Below the pieces are notes generated by a model, which ran no database searches, was not told the origin of the DNA, and saw nothing but the letters and a program-made list of their open reading frames with translations. Shown in pieces: positions 20,988-33,194 of a stretch of DNA of 64,000 bases (positions are counted from its first letter, which is position 1; each line of letters opens with the position of its first letter). The stretch spans positions 1 through 64,000 of the forward strand of contig JAWSUS010000006.1 of the NCBI GenBank assembly GCA_033549025.1. Direction: 5' to 3'. The stretch is from Desulfuromonadales bacterium. GTDB lineage: Bacteria; Desulfobacterota; Desulfuromonadia; Desulfuromonadales; SZUA-540. A program made the position numbers and the translations under genes.

Positions 20988-21365
20988 GTGGATTCGAAAC
21001 GCACACAACGGGTAGGAGAGGAAATTCAAAAAGAAATCTCCTCTCTCCTGCTCAACGGACTTAAAGATCCCCGCATCGGCTTTGTCACGATCACCAGTGT
21101 CGATGTCACAGCGGATCTCCAGATCGCCAAGGTCTATTTTACGGTGCTGGGCGACGAAGCGGCCCGCAAGAACTCGGAAAAAGGCTTAAACAGCTCTATT
21201 CCTTTTATTCGCCGTGAACTTGGTAAGCGCTTGCGTCTGCGTCATGTTCCCGACATCGTTTTCAAATATGATACCAGTCTGGAATATGGCAATCGTATCG
21301 AGACCCTGTTGAAAGACATTCAATCCGAAAGTATCGATGATCACGAAAATCAGCAGGATAATTAA
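20988..21365 (+). CDS. rbfA: Ribosome-binding factor A
   Basis: [35 protein letters not shown]. Confidence 0.95.
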   Translation: MDSKRTQRVGEEIQKEISSLLLNGLKDPRIGFVTITSVDVTADLQIAKVYFTVLGDEAARKNSEKGLNSSIPFIRRELGKRLRLRHVPDIVFKYDTSLEYGNRIETLLKDIQSESIDDHENQQDN

Positions 21366-22287
21366 AGAAAAAAAGCGCTTCCTGGTCGCGTCCCACGAAA
21401 GTCCCGATGGGGATGCGATGGCTTCGACCCTGGCTCTGACCAACGCTCTTCTTGAAATGGGGAAAGAGGTTGTCGCTTACAATCGCGACGCTGTTCCTGC
21501 CGATTTCACCTTTCTGCCTGGCTCTGAAAGGATTGTTCATCATCTGGACGGTCTTGAACCCTTTGACGTCGGGTTTGTGCTGGATGCCGGCGAACTGCGC
21601 CGGGCCGGGTCTCACCTGAAGGAGTGCTGCACCACCCTGGCCAATATCGACCACCATCCTTTTTCTGAAGATTTCGGCTCGGTGTATTTTGTCGATGAAT
21701 CGGCCAGTGCTACCGGGGCCTTGATTTACCGTATTCTCAAAGAGATGGATCACCCCATTTCTTCTTCGGTCGCTTTATGTATTTATACGGCCATTCTGGC
21801 GGATACGGGTTCCTTCCGTTATTCCAATGCGGACCCTGAAGCGTTTTCCATTGCAGCTGAAATGGTCGCAGCCGGCGTTTCTCCCTGGGATGTGGCCTCC
21901 GGCCTGTATGAGAGTCAGGACGAAAAGAGGCTTCGGCTGCTTGGCACCGTGCTGAACACCCTGACTGTTTCGGGCTGCGGGCGCTATGCTTCGGTGACGG
22001 CCACCCTCGACATGATGGCCAATACGGAAACCGGCCCGGAATACACAGACGGCTTCATCAATTATCCACGCTCCATTCGGGGTGTTGAAGTCGCTCTTTT
22101 CTTTCGAGAGGTCTCCCCGGACCACTACAAGGTGGGGTTTCGCTCCAAGGGGAGAATCGATGTCGGTGCCCTGGCCAGGGAACTCGGTGGCGGTGGGCAC
22201 CATAATGCCTCCGGCGCCATGGTGCAGGGGGCTATCGAGGACGTCCACCTGAGTGTTTTTACCCGCCTGGACTCTCTTCTCGTTTGA
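21337..22287 (+). CDS. nrnA: DHH/DHHA1 oligoribonuclease / pAp phosphatase NrnA
   Basis: [30 protein letters not shown]. Confidence 0.88.
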   Translation: MITKISRIIKEKKRFLVASHESPDGDAMASTLALTNALLEMGKEVVAYNRDAVPADFTFLPGSERIVHHLDGLEPFDVGFVLDAGELRRAGSHLKECCTTLANIDHHPFSEDFGSVYFVDESASATGALIYRILKEMDHPISSSVALCIYTAILADTGSFRYSNADPEAFSIAAEMVAAGVSPWDVASGLYESQDEKRLRLLGTVLNTLTVSGCGRYASVTATLDMMANTETGPEYTDGFINYPRSIRGVEVALFFREVSPDHYKVGFRSKGRIDVGALARELGGGGHHNASGAMVQGAIEDVHLSVFTRLDSLLV

Positions 22288-22292
22288 CATTC

Positions 22293-23210
22293 ATGCATGG
22301 TCTTCTGATTATTGATAAACCCCAGGGCCTGACCTCCCATGACGTGGTCCGGCGGGTACGGCGATTTTTTCGCACGAAGCGCGTCGGCCACACCGGAACC
22401 CTCGATCCCATGGCTACCGGTATATTGCCCGTCGCCATCGGCGAAGGGACCAAGCTCGTTCAGTTTCTCATGGCCGGGACAAAAAGCTATCGTGCCACCC
22501 TTAAGCTGGGGGAAACGACCGATACCTACGATGCGGAAGGAACGGTTCTGCAGCGACGACCCCTTCCTCTCCTTGCTTCGGCCGACATTGTGCGCTGCTG
22601 CCAGAAGTTTATCGGGAACATTCAGCAGACCCCTCCCATGTTTTCGGCCATCAAAAAGAATGGTGTTCCTCTTCACCAACTTGCCCGGCAGGGGATCGAG
22701 GTGGAGCGGGAGGCGAGAAATGTGGAGATTTCGCGGATTGAAGTGTTGGACGTGAGCCTGCCTTATGTTACCCTTGAAGTCGATTGCGGAAAAGGCACCT
22801 ATATCCGGTCCCTGGCCCATGATCTCGGCGAAGAGCTCGGCACGGGGGCTCATCTGACGGCCTTGCGTCGTACGCGCAACGGTTTCTTTGACGAAGCGGA
22901 CGCTGTTCCGCTCGATCGGCTGGAGACGTCGGTCGTTGCAGACATCCCGCTGCTTTCTCCGCTCGAAGCCATGAGAGGATTCGCTTTGCTGCAGGTGTCC
23001 AGCGAAGCCGCCCGCGCCTTGAAATTCGGTATTCCTCCCGTCCTGGACGCCATTGAAGGGCCATGTTCGATCGCCGAGGGAGATACCGCAGGTCTTATCC
23101 ATGGTGGACGTCTTTTGGCAGTGGTTCGATTCGCGCCGGGAAGGCAGAAGGAGCGCCGGGGGGATTTTGAATTGCTGCGGGTGATGATTCCGGGAGATAA
23201 GGATGATTAA
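22293..23210 (+). CDS. truB: tRNA pseudouridine(55) synthase
   Basis: DKPQGLTSHDVV, GHTGTLDPMATG, GTYIRSLAHDLG. Confidence 0.95.
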   Translation: MHGLLIIDKPQGLTSHDVVRRVRRFFRTKRVGHTGTLDPMATGILPVAIGEGTKLVQFLMAGTKSYRATLKLGETTDTYDAEGTVLQRRPLPLLASADIVRCCQKFIGNIQQTPPMFSAIKKNGVPLHQLARQGIEVEREARNVEISRIEVLDVSLPYVTLEVDCGKGTYIRSLAHDLGEELGTGAHLTALRRTRNGFFDEADAVPLDRLETSVVADIPLLSPLEAMRGFALLQVSSEAARALKFGIPPVLDAIEGPCSIAEGDTAGLIHGGRLLAVVRFAPGRQKERRGDFELLRVMIPGDKDD

Positions 23211-23312
23211 GCCTTTACACCTCTCCGGTTTTTATGGTAAAAAGTCCGATGTTTTTGAGCCAGCTAATAGACTGGTATATTCCAGAAGAAGAGTTTGAAA
23301 GGAGGTGGCAAG

Positions 23313-23579
23313 GTGTTAGCCACGGAACGCAAGCAGGAAATCATTGATAAATTCAAGACCCACGAAGGTGATACCGGTTCCCCGGAAGTACAGATCGCCC
23401 TTCTCTCTGAGCGGATTACTTATCTTACCGAGCATTTCCGCACTCACAAGAAGGACCATCACTCCCGGCGTGGACTGCTCAAAATCGTAGGGCAACGGCG
23501 TCGGCTTCTCGATTATCTGAAGAAGAAGGATGTCGACCGGTATCGCACGGTCATCAAAGAATTGGGAATCCGCAGGTAA
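23313..23579 (+). CDS. rpsO: 30S ribosomal protein S15
   Basis: [32 protein letters not shown] before a GTG start. Confidence 0.97.
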   Translation: MLATERKQEIIDKFKTHEGDTGSPEVQIALLSERITYLTEHFRTHKKDHHSRRGLLKIVGQRRRLLDYLKKKDVDRYRTVIKELGIRR

Positions 23580-23583
23580 TACA

Positions 23584-23630
23584 GGGCAGCACGCTCTCGG
23601 AAGTATGGGGGCCTGCTGCCTTTTGTTTTG
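23584..23630 (+). terminator. Terminator-like hairpin after rpsO
   Basis: GGCAGCA...TGCTGCC followed by TTTTGTTTT. Confidence 0.55.
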
Positions 23631-23787
23631 GCCCGGCATCGGAGGTTGTCCCGAGAGAGCATCTGCGTTCCTCCCGAAGAGGAATCCAGGTACTGTCTCA
23701 GGCCATCCTCCTTTTGCCATTTGAGAATGCACACAAAGAACAGATGCTTCTTTCCCATTGTTTGGGAGGGAAGAGAAGGAGAACAAC

Positions 23788-25884
23788 ATGGCTTATCACA
23801 AGGTAGAAGTAGAGTTTAATGGTCAACCCCTTACTATCGAGACGGGAAAGATGGCCCGGCAGGCTGACGGGGCCACGGTTGTCACTTACGGTGAAACCCA
23901 GGTGCTGTGCACCGCGGTTTCTTCGACGAAGCTGCGTGAGGGACAGGACTTCTTCCCGCTGACCGTGAACTATCAGGAAAAATTCTATGCGGCCGGCAAG
24001 ATTCCGGGCTCCTTTTTTCGTCGTGAGCGCGGTACCACCGAGCGTGAAACCCTGATCTGCCGTCTTATTGACCGGCCCATGCGGCCTATGTTCCCCAAGG
24101 GATATCTTTTCGAAACGCAGATCATGCCCACGGTGATCTCCGCGGATCGCGTCAATGACCCTGATACTCTCGCTATTGTGGCCGCTTCGGCTGCTGTCCA
24201 GGTGTCAGACATCCCCTTCAATGGCCCCATTGCCGCTGTACGCGTGGGCAGAGTCGGGGGGCAGTTCGTGGCCAACCCGACACTCGAACAGATGGCGCAG
24301 AGCGATCTCGACATCATCGTTGCCGGTTCCCGGGACGCTGTTATCATGGTCGAGGGTGAATCCGAGTTTCTTTCTGAAGATGATATGCTCGAAGCGATCT
24401 TTTTTGGCCATAAGGCCATGCAGCCTTTGATTGATCTTCAAGCCAAATTGGGCGAGCTCGTTGGCAAGTCCAAGCGTGAGTTTCAGGTTCCACAGACCGA
24501 TGAGGATCTGGCTGCCAAAGTGGCAGAATTGGCGGAAGACAAGATTCGCGAGGCTTTTGCCATTCGCACCAAGCAGGAGCGCTATGCTGCCCTGGCCGAG
24601 GCAAAATCCCAGGTCAAGGAAGCCCTCGCCGCCGACTTCGCCGATCGCCTTGACGAGATTGGGGAGATCTTCGGCAAGATTGAGAAACGCGTTGTTCGTC
24701 AGATGATTATCAAGAGCAAGGTACGCATTGATGGCCGCGACATGAAAACGGTGCGGCCGATTACCTGTGAGATCGGCAACCTTCCCCGCGCTCACGGCAG
24801 CGCTCTCTTTACCCGCGGTGAAACCCAAGCTCTTGTGGCTGTGGCACTGGGAACAGCGGTGGATGAACAGCGCATGGACAATGTTCAGGGGATGGAGTTT
24901 AAAAAGTTCTACCTGCACTACAACTTTCCCCCTTTCTGCGTGGGAGAGACCAGCATGCGTCTCTTCCCGGGGCGTCGCGAGATCGGTCACGGCATGCTGG
25001 CTGAACGCTCGATCTCCAAGATTCTGCCCGCACACACGGATTTCCCCTATACCATTCGTATCGTCTCCGACATCCTTGAGTCCAACGGCTCTTCCTCTAT
25101 GGCCAGTGTCTGTGGCGGTTCCCTGGCTCTCATGGATGCTGGTGTGCCGGTCAAGGAGGCCGTCGCCGGCATCGCCATGGGACTGATCAAGGAAGGCGAC
25201 GATGTGGCTGTGCTCAGCGACATTCTGGGTGACGAAGACCATCTCGGCGATATGGACTTTAAGGTGACCGGTACCCGCAATGGGGTGACGGCTTTGCAGA
25301 TGGATATCAAGATCACCGGTGTTACCCGTGATATCATGAAGCAGGCGCTGCAGCAGGCCCGGGAAGGTCGCATCCATATCCTCGATAAAATGGCGGAAGC
25401 CATCAGCTCTGCTCGTGGAGAGCTTTCCCCTTACGCCCCCAGAATCACCACCATTTATGTCAAGTCCGACCAGGTGCGTACGGTTATCGGCTCGGGGGGT
25501 AAAACAATCCGCAGCATTATTGAGGCGACGGGCTGCTCCATCGATATCGAAGATGACGGCCGCATCAACATCGCTTCGGCCGACGGCGAAGCCAGTCAGC
25601 GGGCCGTCAAAATGATCCGTGATCTCACCCAAGAAGCCGAAGTTGGCAAGCTCTATATGGGGACGGTGCGTAAAATCATGGAATTTGGCGCATTTGTGGA
25701 GATCTTCCCTGGGACAGATGGTCTCGTACATATCTCCGAGCTGGCCAAAGAGCGTGTTCGTAATGTTACCGATGTGCTTCAGGAAGGAGACCAGGTTCTG
25801 GTCAAGGTCCTGGCCATCGACAAACAGGGGAAAATTAAGCTCTCCCGCAAAGAGGCACTTGACCAGACTCCTCCTGCGGAGTAG
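23788..25884 (+). CDS. pnp: Polyribonucleotide nucleotidyltransferase (PNPase)
   Basis: [48 protein letters not shown] and S1 domains. Confidence 0.98.
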   Translation: MAYHKVEVEFNGQPLTIETGKMARQADGATVVTYGETQVLCTAVSSTKLREGQDFFPLTVNYQEKFYAAGKIPGSFFRRERGTTERETLICRLIDRPMRPMFPKGYLFETQIMPTVISADRVNDPDTLAIVAASAAVQVSDIPFNGPIAAVRVGRVGGQFVANPTLEQMAQSDLDIIVAGSRDAVIMVEGESEFLSEDDMLEAIFFGHKAMQPLIDLQAKLGELVGKSKREFQVPQTDEDLAAKVAELAEDKIREAFAIRTKQERYAALAEAKSQVKEALAADFADRLDEIGEIFGKIEKRVVRQMIIKSKVRIDGRDMKTVRPITCEIGNLPRAHGSALFTRGETQALVAVALGTAVDEQRMDNVQGMEFKKFYLHYNFPPFCVGETSMRLFPGRREIGHGMLAERSISKILPAHTDFPYTIRIVSDILESNGSSSMASVCGGSLALMDAGVPVKEAVAGIAMGLIKEGDDVAVLSDILGDEDHLGDMDFKVTGTRNGVTALQMDIKITGVTRDIMKQALQQAREGRIHILDKMAEAISSARGELSPYAPRITTIYVKSDQVRTVIGSGGKTIRSIIEATGCSIDIEDDGRINIASADGEASQRAVKMIRDLTQEAEVGKLYMGTVRKIMEFGAFVEIFPGTDGLVHISELAKERVRNVTDVLQEGDQVLVKVLAIDKQGKIKLSRKEALDQTPPAE

Positions 25885-25899
25885 CTTCATCTGCCATCC

Positions 25900-27159
25900 A
25901 TGATAGAAAAGACGACCCTTGAAAACGGGATCCGCATAGTCACCGAAAATGTCCCCACTGTCCATTCGGTGACTATCGGGATCTGGGTGGAAAGCGGTTC
26001 ACGTCACGAACATCAGACGCAAGGTGGCATTTCGCACTTTGTCGAGCATCTGCTCTTCAAAGGAACCAGCCGCCGCAGTGCTCTTGAAATTGCCAGGGAG
26101 ATTGACTCGGTTGGTGGAGTGCTTAACGCCTTCACCAGCCGGGAATACTGTTGTTTTTACGCTAAGGTGCTGGCCAGGCATCTCCCCCTGGCCATCGACC
26201 TTCTTGCCGATTCGCTCCAATCCTCCGTATTTGATCTCGATGAGATTGAAAAGGAACGTCGCGTTATCCTCCAGGAAATCAGTATGGTGGAGGATACTCC
26301 CGACGATTTGGTGCACGATCTCTTCAGTCAGACCTTTTGGGGTAATCATCCTCTCGGGCGTCCTGTTCTGGGCTCTCGGAAATCCGTTAAAAACATGCGC
26401 AGAGATGATTTTCTTGCTCATCTCGAAAGCAGCCTCGTTGGGGAGAACATTCTGGTCTGCGCTGCCGGCAACCTGGACCATGGCGACGTCGTCGACCGCA
26501 TCGCCCGGGCCTTTGGCCAGATAGCCCCAGGCGCCAGGAAACAGACTCAATCTCACCCTGACTATCGACCGGGTCTGAGCTTTACCCACCGGGATCTCGA
26601 ACAGGTGCATATCTGCCTCGGCACCAGAGCCCTACCCCAAAATCATCCCAACCGGTTCTCCGCTTATATCCTGAACACGATACTCGGGGGGAGTATGAGC
26701 TCCCGACTCTTCCAAACGGTGCGCGAAGAGCAGGGATTGGCTTATTCCATTTACAGCTATCTCAACAGCCACTCCGATGCAGGCGCTCTGGTGCTCTATA
26801 CGGCCACCTCCACGGAGAATGCCCCCCAGGTCGTTCGGATGATGTTGAAAGAGATGCAGCGCTTTAAGGTGGAACCCGTTTCCCGTGAGGAGTTGAAGGC
26901 AGCCAAAGACCAGTTGAAGGGGCATCTGCTGCTGTCCCTGGAGAGTACGGATAACCGGATGACGCGACTGTCCAAAAACGAGATATATCTTGGGCGACAG
27001 CCTTCCTTGAAACAGGTTCTTGGTGAATTCGAAAAGGTCACGGCCGAAAGTCTTCAGCGGTTGGCGCATTTTCTTTTTCAGGACGACTATCTTAACCTTC
27101 AACTGCTTGGCCAGATCGACGAAAAGCAATTCCCTTTGCTTGATCTGACGCTGGGCTAG
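25900..27159 (+). CDS. M16 (pitrilysin) family zinc peptidase
   Basis: HFVEHLLFKGT (HxxEH), NAFTSRE, GGSMSSRLFQ. Confidence 0.92.
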   Translation: MIEKTTLENGIRIVTENVPTVHSVTIGIWVESGSRHEHQTQGGISHFVEHLLFKGTSRRSALEIAREIDSVGGVLNAFTSREYCCFYAKVLARHLPLAIDLLADSLQSSVFDLDEIEKERRVILQEISMVEDTPDDLVHDLFSQTFWGNHPLGRPVLGSRKSVKNMRRDDFLAHLESSLVGENILVCAAGNLDHGDVVDRIARAFGQIAPGARKQTQSHPDYRPGLSFTHRDLEQVHICLGTRALPQNHPNRFSAYILNTILGGSMSSRLFQTVREEQGLAYSIYSYLNSHSDAGALVLYTATSTENAPQVVRMMLKEMQRFKVEPVSREELKAAKDQLKGHLLLSLESTDNRMTRLSKNEIYLGRQPSLKQVLGEFEKVTAESLQRLAHFLFQDDYLNLQLLGQIDEKQFPLLDLTLG

Positions 27160-27189
27160 TTGTGTGATTGGCTTCAGGACAGGTAGAAA

Positions 27190-27645
27190 ATGAAACCTAT
27201 TACAGTGCGTATCAAAAAACTTCGGGATGATGCGATTGTCCCGCGGTATATGACTGACTTGGCGGCGGGGATGGATCTTTTTGCCGCTCTTGACTCACCT
27301 GTACGCCTGGCCCGGGGGCAACGCCTGCTGGTGCCGACCGGCATCGCCTTGGCGATCCCGGCTGGTTTTGAAGGGCAGGTGCGTCCGCGTTCAGGTTTAG
27401 CTTTAAAGAAGGGGATTTCTCTGGTCAATTCGCCAGGAACCATTGATGCCGATTATCGAGGAGAACTCGGGATTATTCTGATTAACCACGGACAGGATGA
27501 GGTGACCCTGTCTCCTGGCGACCGCATCGCCCAGCTGGTCATTGCCCCTGTTCGGCAGGCCGTTATGCAGGTGGTGGAAGATCTTGAGGCCACCGAACGC
27601 AACACGGGTGGCTTCGGTCATACCGGTACGAGCCTTGAGGTTTAA
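27190..27645 (+). CDS. dut: dUTP diphosphatase
   Basis: [38 protein letters not shown]. Confidence 0.96.
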   Translation: MKPITVRIKKLRDDAIVPRYMTDLAAGMDLFAALDSPVRLARGQRLLVPTGIALAIPAGFEGQVRPRSGLALKKGISLVNSPGTIDADYRGELGIILINHGQDEVTLSPGDRIAQLVIAPVRQAVMQVVEDLEATERNTGGFGHTGTSLEV

Positions 27646-27646
27646 T

Positions 27647-27916
27647 ATGGAGTCATCCGATAGCCTCATTCAGTTTCCTTGCGACTATCTATTCAAGGCC
27701 GTCGGCAGTGACGAGGGGGAGGGGGGCTTTCTGCAAGCGGTACACCATGCCGTTTCCGAGGTCGTCCCCGTACCCTTGGACTCTCTCAAGTGCCGGCCCA
27801 GTTCGCAAGGCAACTATCTGGCGGTGTCTGTCCTGGTTCGTCTCCATAACATGGAACAGGTACATAATATTTACGCGGCCCTTCGCGGGGTGGAAGGCCT
27901 CAAGTTTCTGCTGTAA
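27647..27916 (+). CDS. DUF493 (YbeD-like) protein
   Basis: LIQFPCDYLFKAVG...SSQGNYLAVSV; ATG at 27647. Confidence 0.8.
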   Translation: MESSDSLIQFPCDYLFKAVGSDEGEGGFLQAVHHAVSEVVPVPLDSLKCRPSSQGNYLAVSVLVRLHNMEQVHNIYAALRGVEGLKFLL

Positions 27917-28038
27917 AAGCTCTCAGCCTCCTGGGGACAAATCGACGCTGTATGTTAGTATTGTGAGGTAGACTGGGCAAGCTGCAGAGACAACAAGGTT
28001 TACGATGGCTGTGATGATTTTTCAGGTGGAGATTTCCC

Positions 28039-28653
28039 ATGATGTTGTCTATTAATCCGATTAATCCGCAGCAGAGACTTGTCAATCGGGTTGTCGAATG
28101 CCTCAAGCAAGGGGGAGTTATTGTGTATCCGACCGATACCATTTACGGCATCGGTTGTGATATTTTCAATAAAAAAGGGGTCAAAAAGATTTACCAGATC
28201 AAGCAGCGCGATCCCCGTAAACCTTTCTCCTTCATCTGCTCAGATCTTTCCGATGTCGCCAACTATGCTCAGGTCAGTAACTTCGCGTTTAAAACGATGA
28301 AGCGCAACCTGCCTGGTCCTTACACGTTTGTCCTCGAAGCGACCCGCATTGTTCCCGATCTGCTGACTACCAAGCAGAAGACCGTCGGCATACGCATCCC
28401 CGACAACCCAATTGCCCAAGCCATCGTTAAGGAATTGGGGCATCCGCTGGTGACCACCAGCGTCAATATAAGCGGGGAAGAACCCATACACGACCCGGCC
28501 GAGATCGAGAAGAGTCTGGGCAAAATGGTGGATATGGTTGTGGATGGCGGGGTTCTGCTGGGTGATGCCTCGACCGTTATCAGTCTTATTGATGATCAGG
28601 TTGAAATTCTGCGCCAGGGTAGCGGGGATACGTCCTGGATCCACCAGCGATGA
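28039..28653 (+). CDS. Sua5/YciO/YrdC family (threonylcarbamoyl-AMP synthase-like) protein
   Basis: GGVIVYPTDTIYGIGC, PGPYTFVL, VGIRIPD, TTSVN. Confidence 0.9.
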   Translation: MMLSINPINPQQRLVNRVVECLKQGGVIVYPTDTIYGIGCDIFNKKGVKKIYQIKQRDPRKPFSFICSDLSDVANYAQVSNFAFKTMKRNLPGPYTFVLEATRIVPDLLTTKQKTVGIRIPDNPIAQAIVKELGHPLVTTSVNISGEEPIHDPAEIEKSLGKMVDMVVDGGVLLGDASTVISLIDDQVEILRQGSGDTSWIHQR

Positions 28654-28691
28654 CTTTGACCATTCAACCTGTGTAGAGAGTTTTGCTGGAT

Positions 28692-29084
28692 ATGTCTCTA
28701 AAACAGATTACGGTTGCCTTTTATCGCTGCAGGGCGGTTGAAGGCAAAAAAAATTATGGTATTGATAGGGATTCCATGGACGCCATGCTGGATGATTTAG
28801 CTCGAGAGTTGTCCGGTTACGATATCCAGCTGAATTACTGCGATGATGACGCCGTTACCCTGGATATTAACGGATATGGCGACCTGCTGAACGCTGTGCG
28901 GCTACGCTCTCCCAAGGATAATATTTTCAACCTTTGTCTGGGGCATGTCATTGGGAAAAGCGCGCATTTGGATATCGTTGAAGATGTGCAGCGAGGGGTC
29001 AATCGGGTGGCTTTCGCTCCTGAAACGGTCGAGCCGGAAGGAAGCGCCAAGATTGTCTGTCACAACTGCGGTTGTGGCTGTTGA
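28692..29084 (+). CDS. Hypothetical protein with C-terminal CHNCGCGC motif
   Basis: 130-aa ORF followed by a terminator; no recognised family. Confidence 0.72.
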   Translation: MSLKQITVAFYRCRAVEGKKNYGIDRDSMDAMLDDLARELSGYDIQLNYCDDDAVTLDINGYGDLLNAVRLRSPKDNIFNLCLGHVIGKSAHLDIVEDVQRGVNRVAFAPETVEPEGSAKIVCHNCGCGC

Positions 29085-29106
29085 GGTAAATAGGACACTG
29101 AGTAAC

Positions 29107-29136
29107 AAAAAAGCCCGGTCAAAAGACCGGGCTTTT
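29107..29136. terminator. Bidirectional intrinsic terminator
   Basis: AAAAAAGCCCGGTC-AAAA-GACCGGGCTTTT between the convergent hypothetical gene and tRNA. Confidence 0.85.
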
Positions 29137-29144
29137 CATTTATT

Positions 29145-29231
29145 TGGTGCCGAAGGAGAGACTCGAACTCTCACGACCAATTGGCCACCACCCCCTCAAG
29201 ATGGCGTGTCTACCAGTTCCACCACTTCGGC
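29145..29231 (-). tRNA. tRNA-Leu (anticodon GAG)
   Basis: Minus strand GCCGAAGTGGTGGAACTGGTAGACACGCCATC-TTGAGGG-GGTGG...GTTCGAGTC...CTTCGGCACCA; long variable arm; encoded CCA. Confidence 0.96.
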
Positions 29232-29245
29232 TTGGACGGGTTGTA

Positions 29246-29274
29246 TATATACTGATTTAGCCCGAAGGTGTCAA
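29246..29274 (-). promoter_or_regulatory. sigma70 promoter of tRNA-Leu
   Basis: Minus strand TTGACA-N17-TATATA. Confidence 0.7.
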
Positions 29275-29294
29275 CAAGAAATTAAGCCTGTTTT

Positions 29295-29633
29295 TTAATT
29301 TTTTGTCTCTTCAGGTTGTGCTACGGCGGGAGCTTCTGCCGGCGCTTGTGGTGCCGCCTGTGTTTGCGGAGCTAGGTTTTCAGGCATGACACTGCTGGTT
29401 CCCGGTTGACCGTGGAAATAGGCCAGAGTAAGGCTGGTGAGCATGAAGATAATGGCGGCGCCCGCGGTCATTTTGCTCATGAAGCTTTGACCTCCGGAAG
29501 CCCCGAAAACCGTGTTGCTGCCGCCGGAACCGAACGATGCGCCGATTTCGGCGCCTTTGCCGGCCTGCAACAGGACGATGATGATGAGGGCGATGCAGAC
29601 AACAACGTGAATTACGAGAAGCAATGTGGACAT
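29295..29633 (-). CDS. secG: Preprotein translocase subunit SecG
   Basis: VLLQAGKGAEIGASFGSGGSNTVFG; tpiA-secG-tRNA-Leu synteny. Confidence 0.95.
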   Translation of the reverse strand: MSTLLLVIHVVVCIALIIIVLLQAGKGAEIGASFGSGGSNTVFGASGGQSFMSKMTAGAAIIFMLTSLTLAYFHGQPGTSSVMPENLAPQTQAAPQAPAEAPAVAQPEETKN

Positions 29634-29708
29634 GGTTCAACTCCTTGGGAAATCATCTATAAACCGCGGTAAGCTAGCATAGTTTCTTCTTTTTACAAAG
29701 AAAAAATG

Positions 29709-30482
29709 TTATTGCTGGACGGGTTCGCTACGCTGATAGCGTACAATGCGGATGAAGTCCTCGGCGACCAGGCTGGCTCCACCGACGAGGACACCGTCGA
29801 TATCTTCCTGAGCCATGAGTCCATCGACATTGCCGGGTTTGACGCTCCCCCCGTACAGAACGGCAGTGCTTTCGGCGACATTTTCATTGAAGATTCCCTG
29901 CAGCAGACCTCGTATAAAGGCATGCGCCTCTTCGGCCTCCTCGTTCGAGGCCGTTTTCCCGGTGCCGATGGCCCATACAGGTTCATAGGCCACGACAACC
30001 CTGGTCATATCCTCAGGGGTGAGGCCGGCCAGTCCTTCTTTGACCTGCGCGGTAAGAATGTCATACATACGGCCTGATTCGCGCTCTTCCAAGGTTTCGC
30101 CAATGCAGAAGATGGCGCGTAGACCGGCGGTTAGCAGGGCTTTAACCTTGTCATTGATTAAAGCGTTGGATTCACCGAAGAGTTGGCGTCTTTCCGAGTG
30201 CCCGACTATGGCTCCGACGCAGCCGACGTCTTTGAGAAGAGCAGGCGATACTTCGCCGGTAAAAGCGCCTGAAGGTTCGGGATAACAATTCTGTGCGGCA
30301 ATGGCTATCGGGCTGCCCTTGGCGGCGGCCACCGCACTCTGCAGGGCTGTGAAGACGGGGGCTACCACGATTTCCACGTCTCTCACATCCTGCAATCCCT
30401 CTGCCAGGGCCGTTATGAGCTGACGGCTCTCCTCAACTGTTTTGTGAAGTTTCCAGTTGCCCGCGATAATCGGTTTACGCAT
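29709..30482 (-). CDS. tpiA: Triosephosphate isomerase
   Basis: AGNWK, GHSERR, AYEPVWAIGTG, LVGGASL. Confidence 0.98.
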   Translation of the reverse strand: MRKPIIAGNWKLHKTVEESRQLITALAEGLQDVRDVEIVVAPVFTALQSAVAAAKGSPIAIAAQNCYPEPSGAFTGEVSPALLKDVGCVGAIVGHSERRQLFGESNALINDKVKALLTAGLRAIFCIGETLEERESGRMYDILTAQVKEGLAGLTPEDMTRVVVAYEPVWAIGTGKTASNEEAEEAHAFIRGLLQGIFNENVAESTAVLYGGSVKPGNVDGLMAQEDIDGVLVGGASLVAEDFIRIVRYQRSEPVQQ

Positions 30483-30497
30483 GAGATACTCCGTCCT

Positions 30498-31691
30498 TCA
30501 GCTTTTGTCGGTCAAGGCAGCGATGCCGGGAAGTATTTTACCCTCAAGGAATTCCAGGGAGGCTCCCCCTCCGGTGGAAATGTGGGTCATTTTATCGTTG
30601 AGGCCGGCCTTGTTGACTGCAGCGACCGAATCCCCGCCACCAATGATGGAAAGGGCCTTGGACTCCGCAAGGGCCGTGGCGACCACAAACGTTCCTTTGG
30701 AAAAGGCCTCGAATTCGAATACGCCCATGGGACCATTCCAAATGACGGTTTTAGCCTCCTGCAGCACGGCGGAAAAGTTTTTGGAGGTTTCCGGGCCAAT
30801 ATCGAGGCCCATCCAGTCTGCCGGAAAATCCTGATTGGAGCAAGTTTTGTGCTGGGCATCCTCCTTGAATTCGGAGGCGATGACGTGGTCTGTCGGCAAC
30901 AGCATCTTGACCTGTTTCTCCTCGGCCTGACGCAACAGCTCGCGCGCCAGTTCCAGCCGATCTTCCTCCACCAGGGAACGTCCGACATGGTGGCCCTGAG
31001 CCTTCAGAAAGGTGTAGGCCATGCCGCCTCCGATGAGAAGGCTGTCCACCTTGCTGAGCAGGTTTTCAATGACCGCTATCTTGTCCGATACTTTGGCACC
31101 ACCGAGAACGGCCACGAAAGGGTGGCCAGGGTTGGCCAGCGCCTGACTGAGGTAACGGATTTCTTTTTCCATGAGCAAACCGGCTACCGCAGGCGAAAGG
31201 AGGCGCGCCACGCCCTCGGTGGAGGCGTGGGCCCGGTGGGCTGTGCCAAAGGCGTCATTGACGTACACTTCCGCCAGGTCGGCCAGTTGGCGGCAGAAAT
31301 CGGGGTCGTTTTTCTCCTCTCCGGCGTGAAAACGGAGATTTTCAAGAAGGATGACGTCGCCGTCTTCCATTTGGTTGACCAGCTTGGTGACCTGAGGGCC
31401 GATACAGTCTTCGGCCATGGCAACATTCCTGTTGAGGAGTCCGGAAAGGTAGGGCGCTACGGGAGCCAGGCTGTACTTGGGATTTTTCTTTCCCTTCGGA
31501 CGCCCGAGGTGGGAGGCGAGGATGAGTCGAGCTCCCTGATCGACGATGTGACGTATGGTGGGCAGGGCCCCGAGGATGCGGGTATCGTCGGTAATCTCAC
31601 CCTCCTCATTCAGGGGCACATTGAAGTCAACGCGGCAGAAAACTTTTTTCCCCTTCAGATCAAGATCAAGCACAGATAGTTTTTCAGGCAT
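30498..31691 (-). CDS. pgk: Phosphoglycerate kinase
   Basis: [39 protein letters not shown]. Confidence 0.98.
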   Translation of the reverse strand: MPEKLSVLDLDLKGKKVFCRVDFNVPLNEEGEITDDTRILGALPTIRHIVDQGARLILASHLGRPKGKKNPKYSLAPVAPYLSGLLNRNVAMAEDCIGPQVTKLVNQMEDGDVILLENLRFHAGEEKNDPDFCRQLADLAEVYVNDAFGTAHRAHASTEGVARLLSPAVAGLLMEKEIRYLSQALANPGHPFVAVLGGAKVSDKIAVIENLLSKVDSLLIGGGMAYTFLKAQGHHVGRSLVEEDRLELARELLRQAEEKQVKMLLPTDHVIASEFKEDAQHKTCSNQDFPADWMGLDIGPETSKNFSAVLQEAKTVIWNGPMGVFEFEAFSKGTFVVATALAESKALSIIGGGDSVAAVNKAGLNDKMTHISTGGGASLEFLEGKILPGIAALTDKS

Positions 31692-31799
31692 GGATAGTCA
31701 CTCCTGTCTGGTGAAATTTTATCGAAGCAGCGCAGGTGTAGGACAAGTCAAAGGCCGATCCCATAGGACCCGCCTTTGATTTGTTCTGCCAGTTTGACG

Positions 31800-32849
<1,050 letters not shown>

Positions 32850-33194
32850 TCATGGTCTTTTGGAATATCAGTTACTTATCAAAGCGCAGGCACTGGTGGA
32901 TGATATCGGATAGCTCCCATGCCCGTCAACCTTTTTGCCAGAGTCCGTTATTTGCAGGAAGCGGTTTGTTATATTGCCCTTTACTGACTGATATGATATT
33001 TAAGGCGGGCAATAAAAGAGGCTGGGCGCACGGACCCTGGAAAATTCCGACCCAAAAGCAAACTTCTCTCAATTTACATGGCTTTTTCCAAAAATCAACG
33101 CATGCGGCAGTCCTTGACGATCTCCTTATTGTCCCACAGGGAATTGCTCAGAGGTTGATGACTTATCTTTTCCCGGAATGGCTCTGATTTTTCT

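Noticed and set aside
29085..29295. tRNA-Leu as an integration site for an island or prophage
   Set aside because: No integrase, no duplicated tRNA 3' end and no foreign-looking block adjacent.
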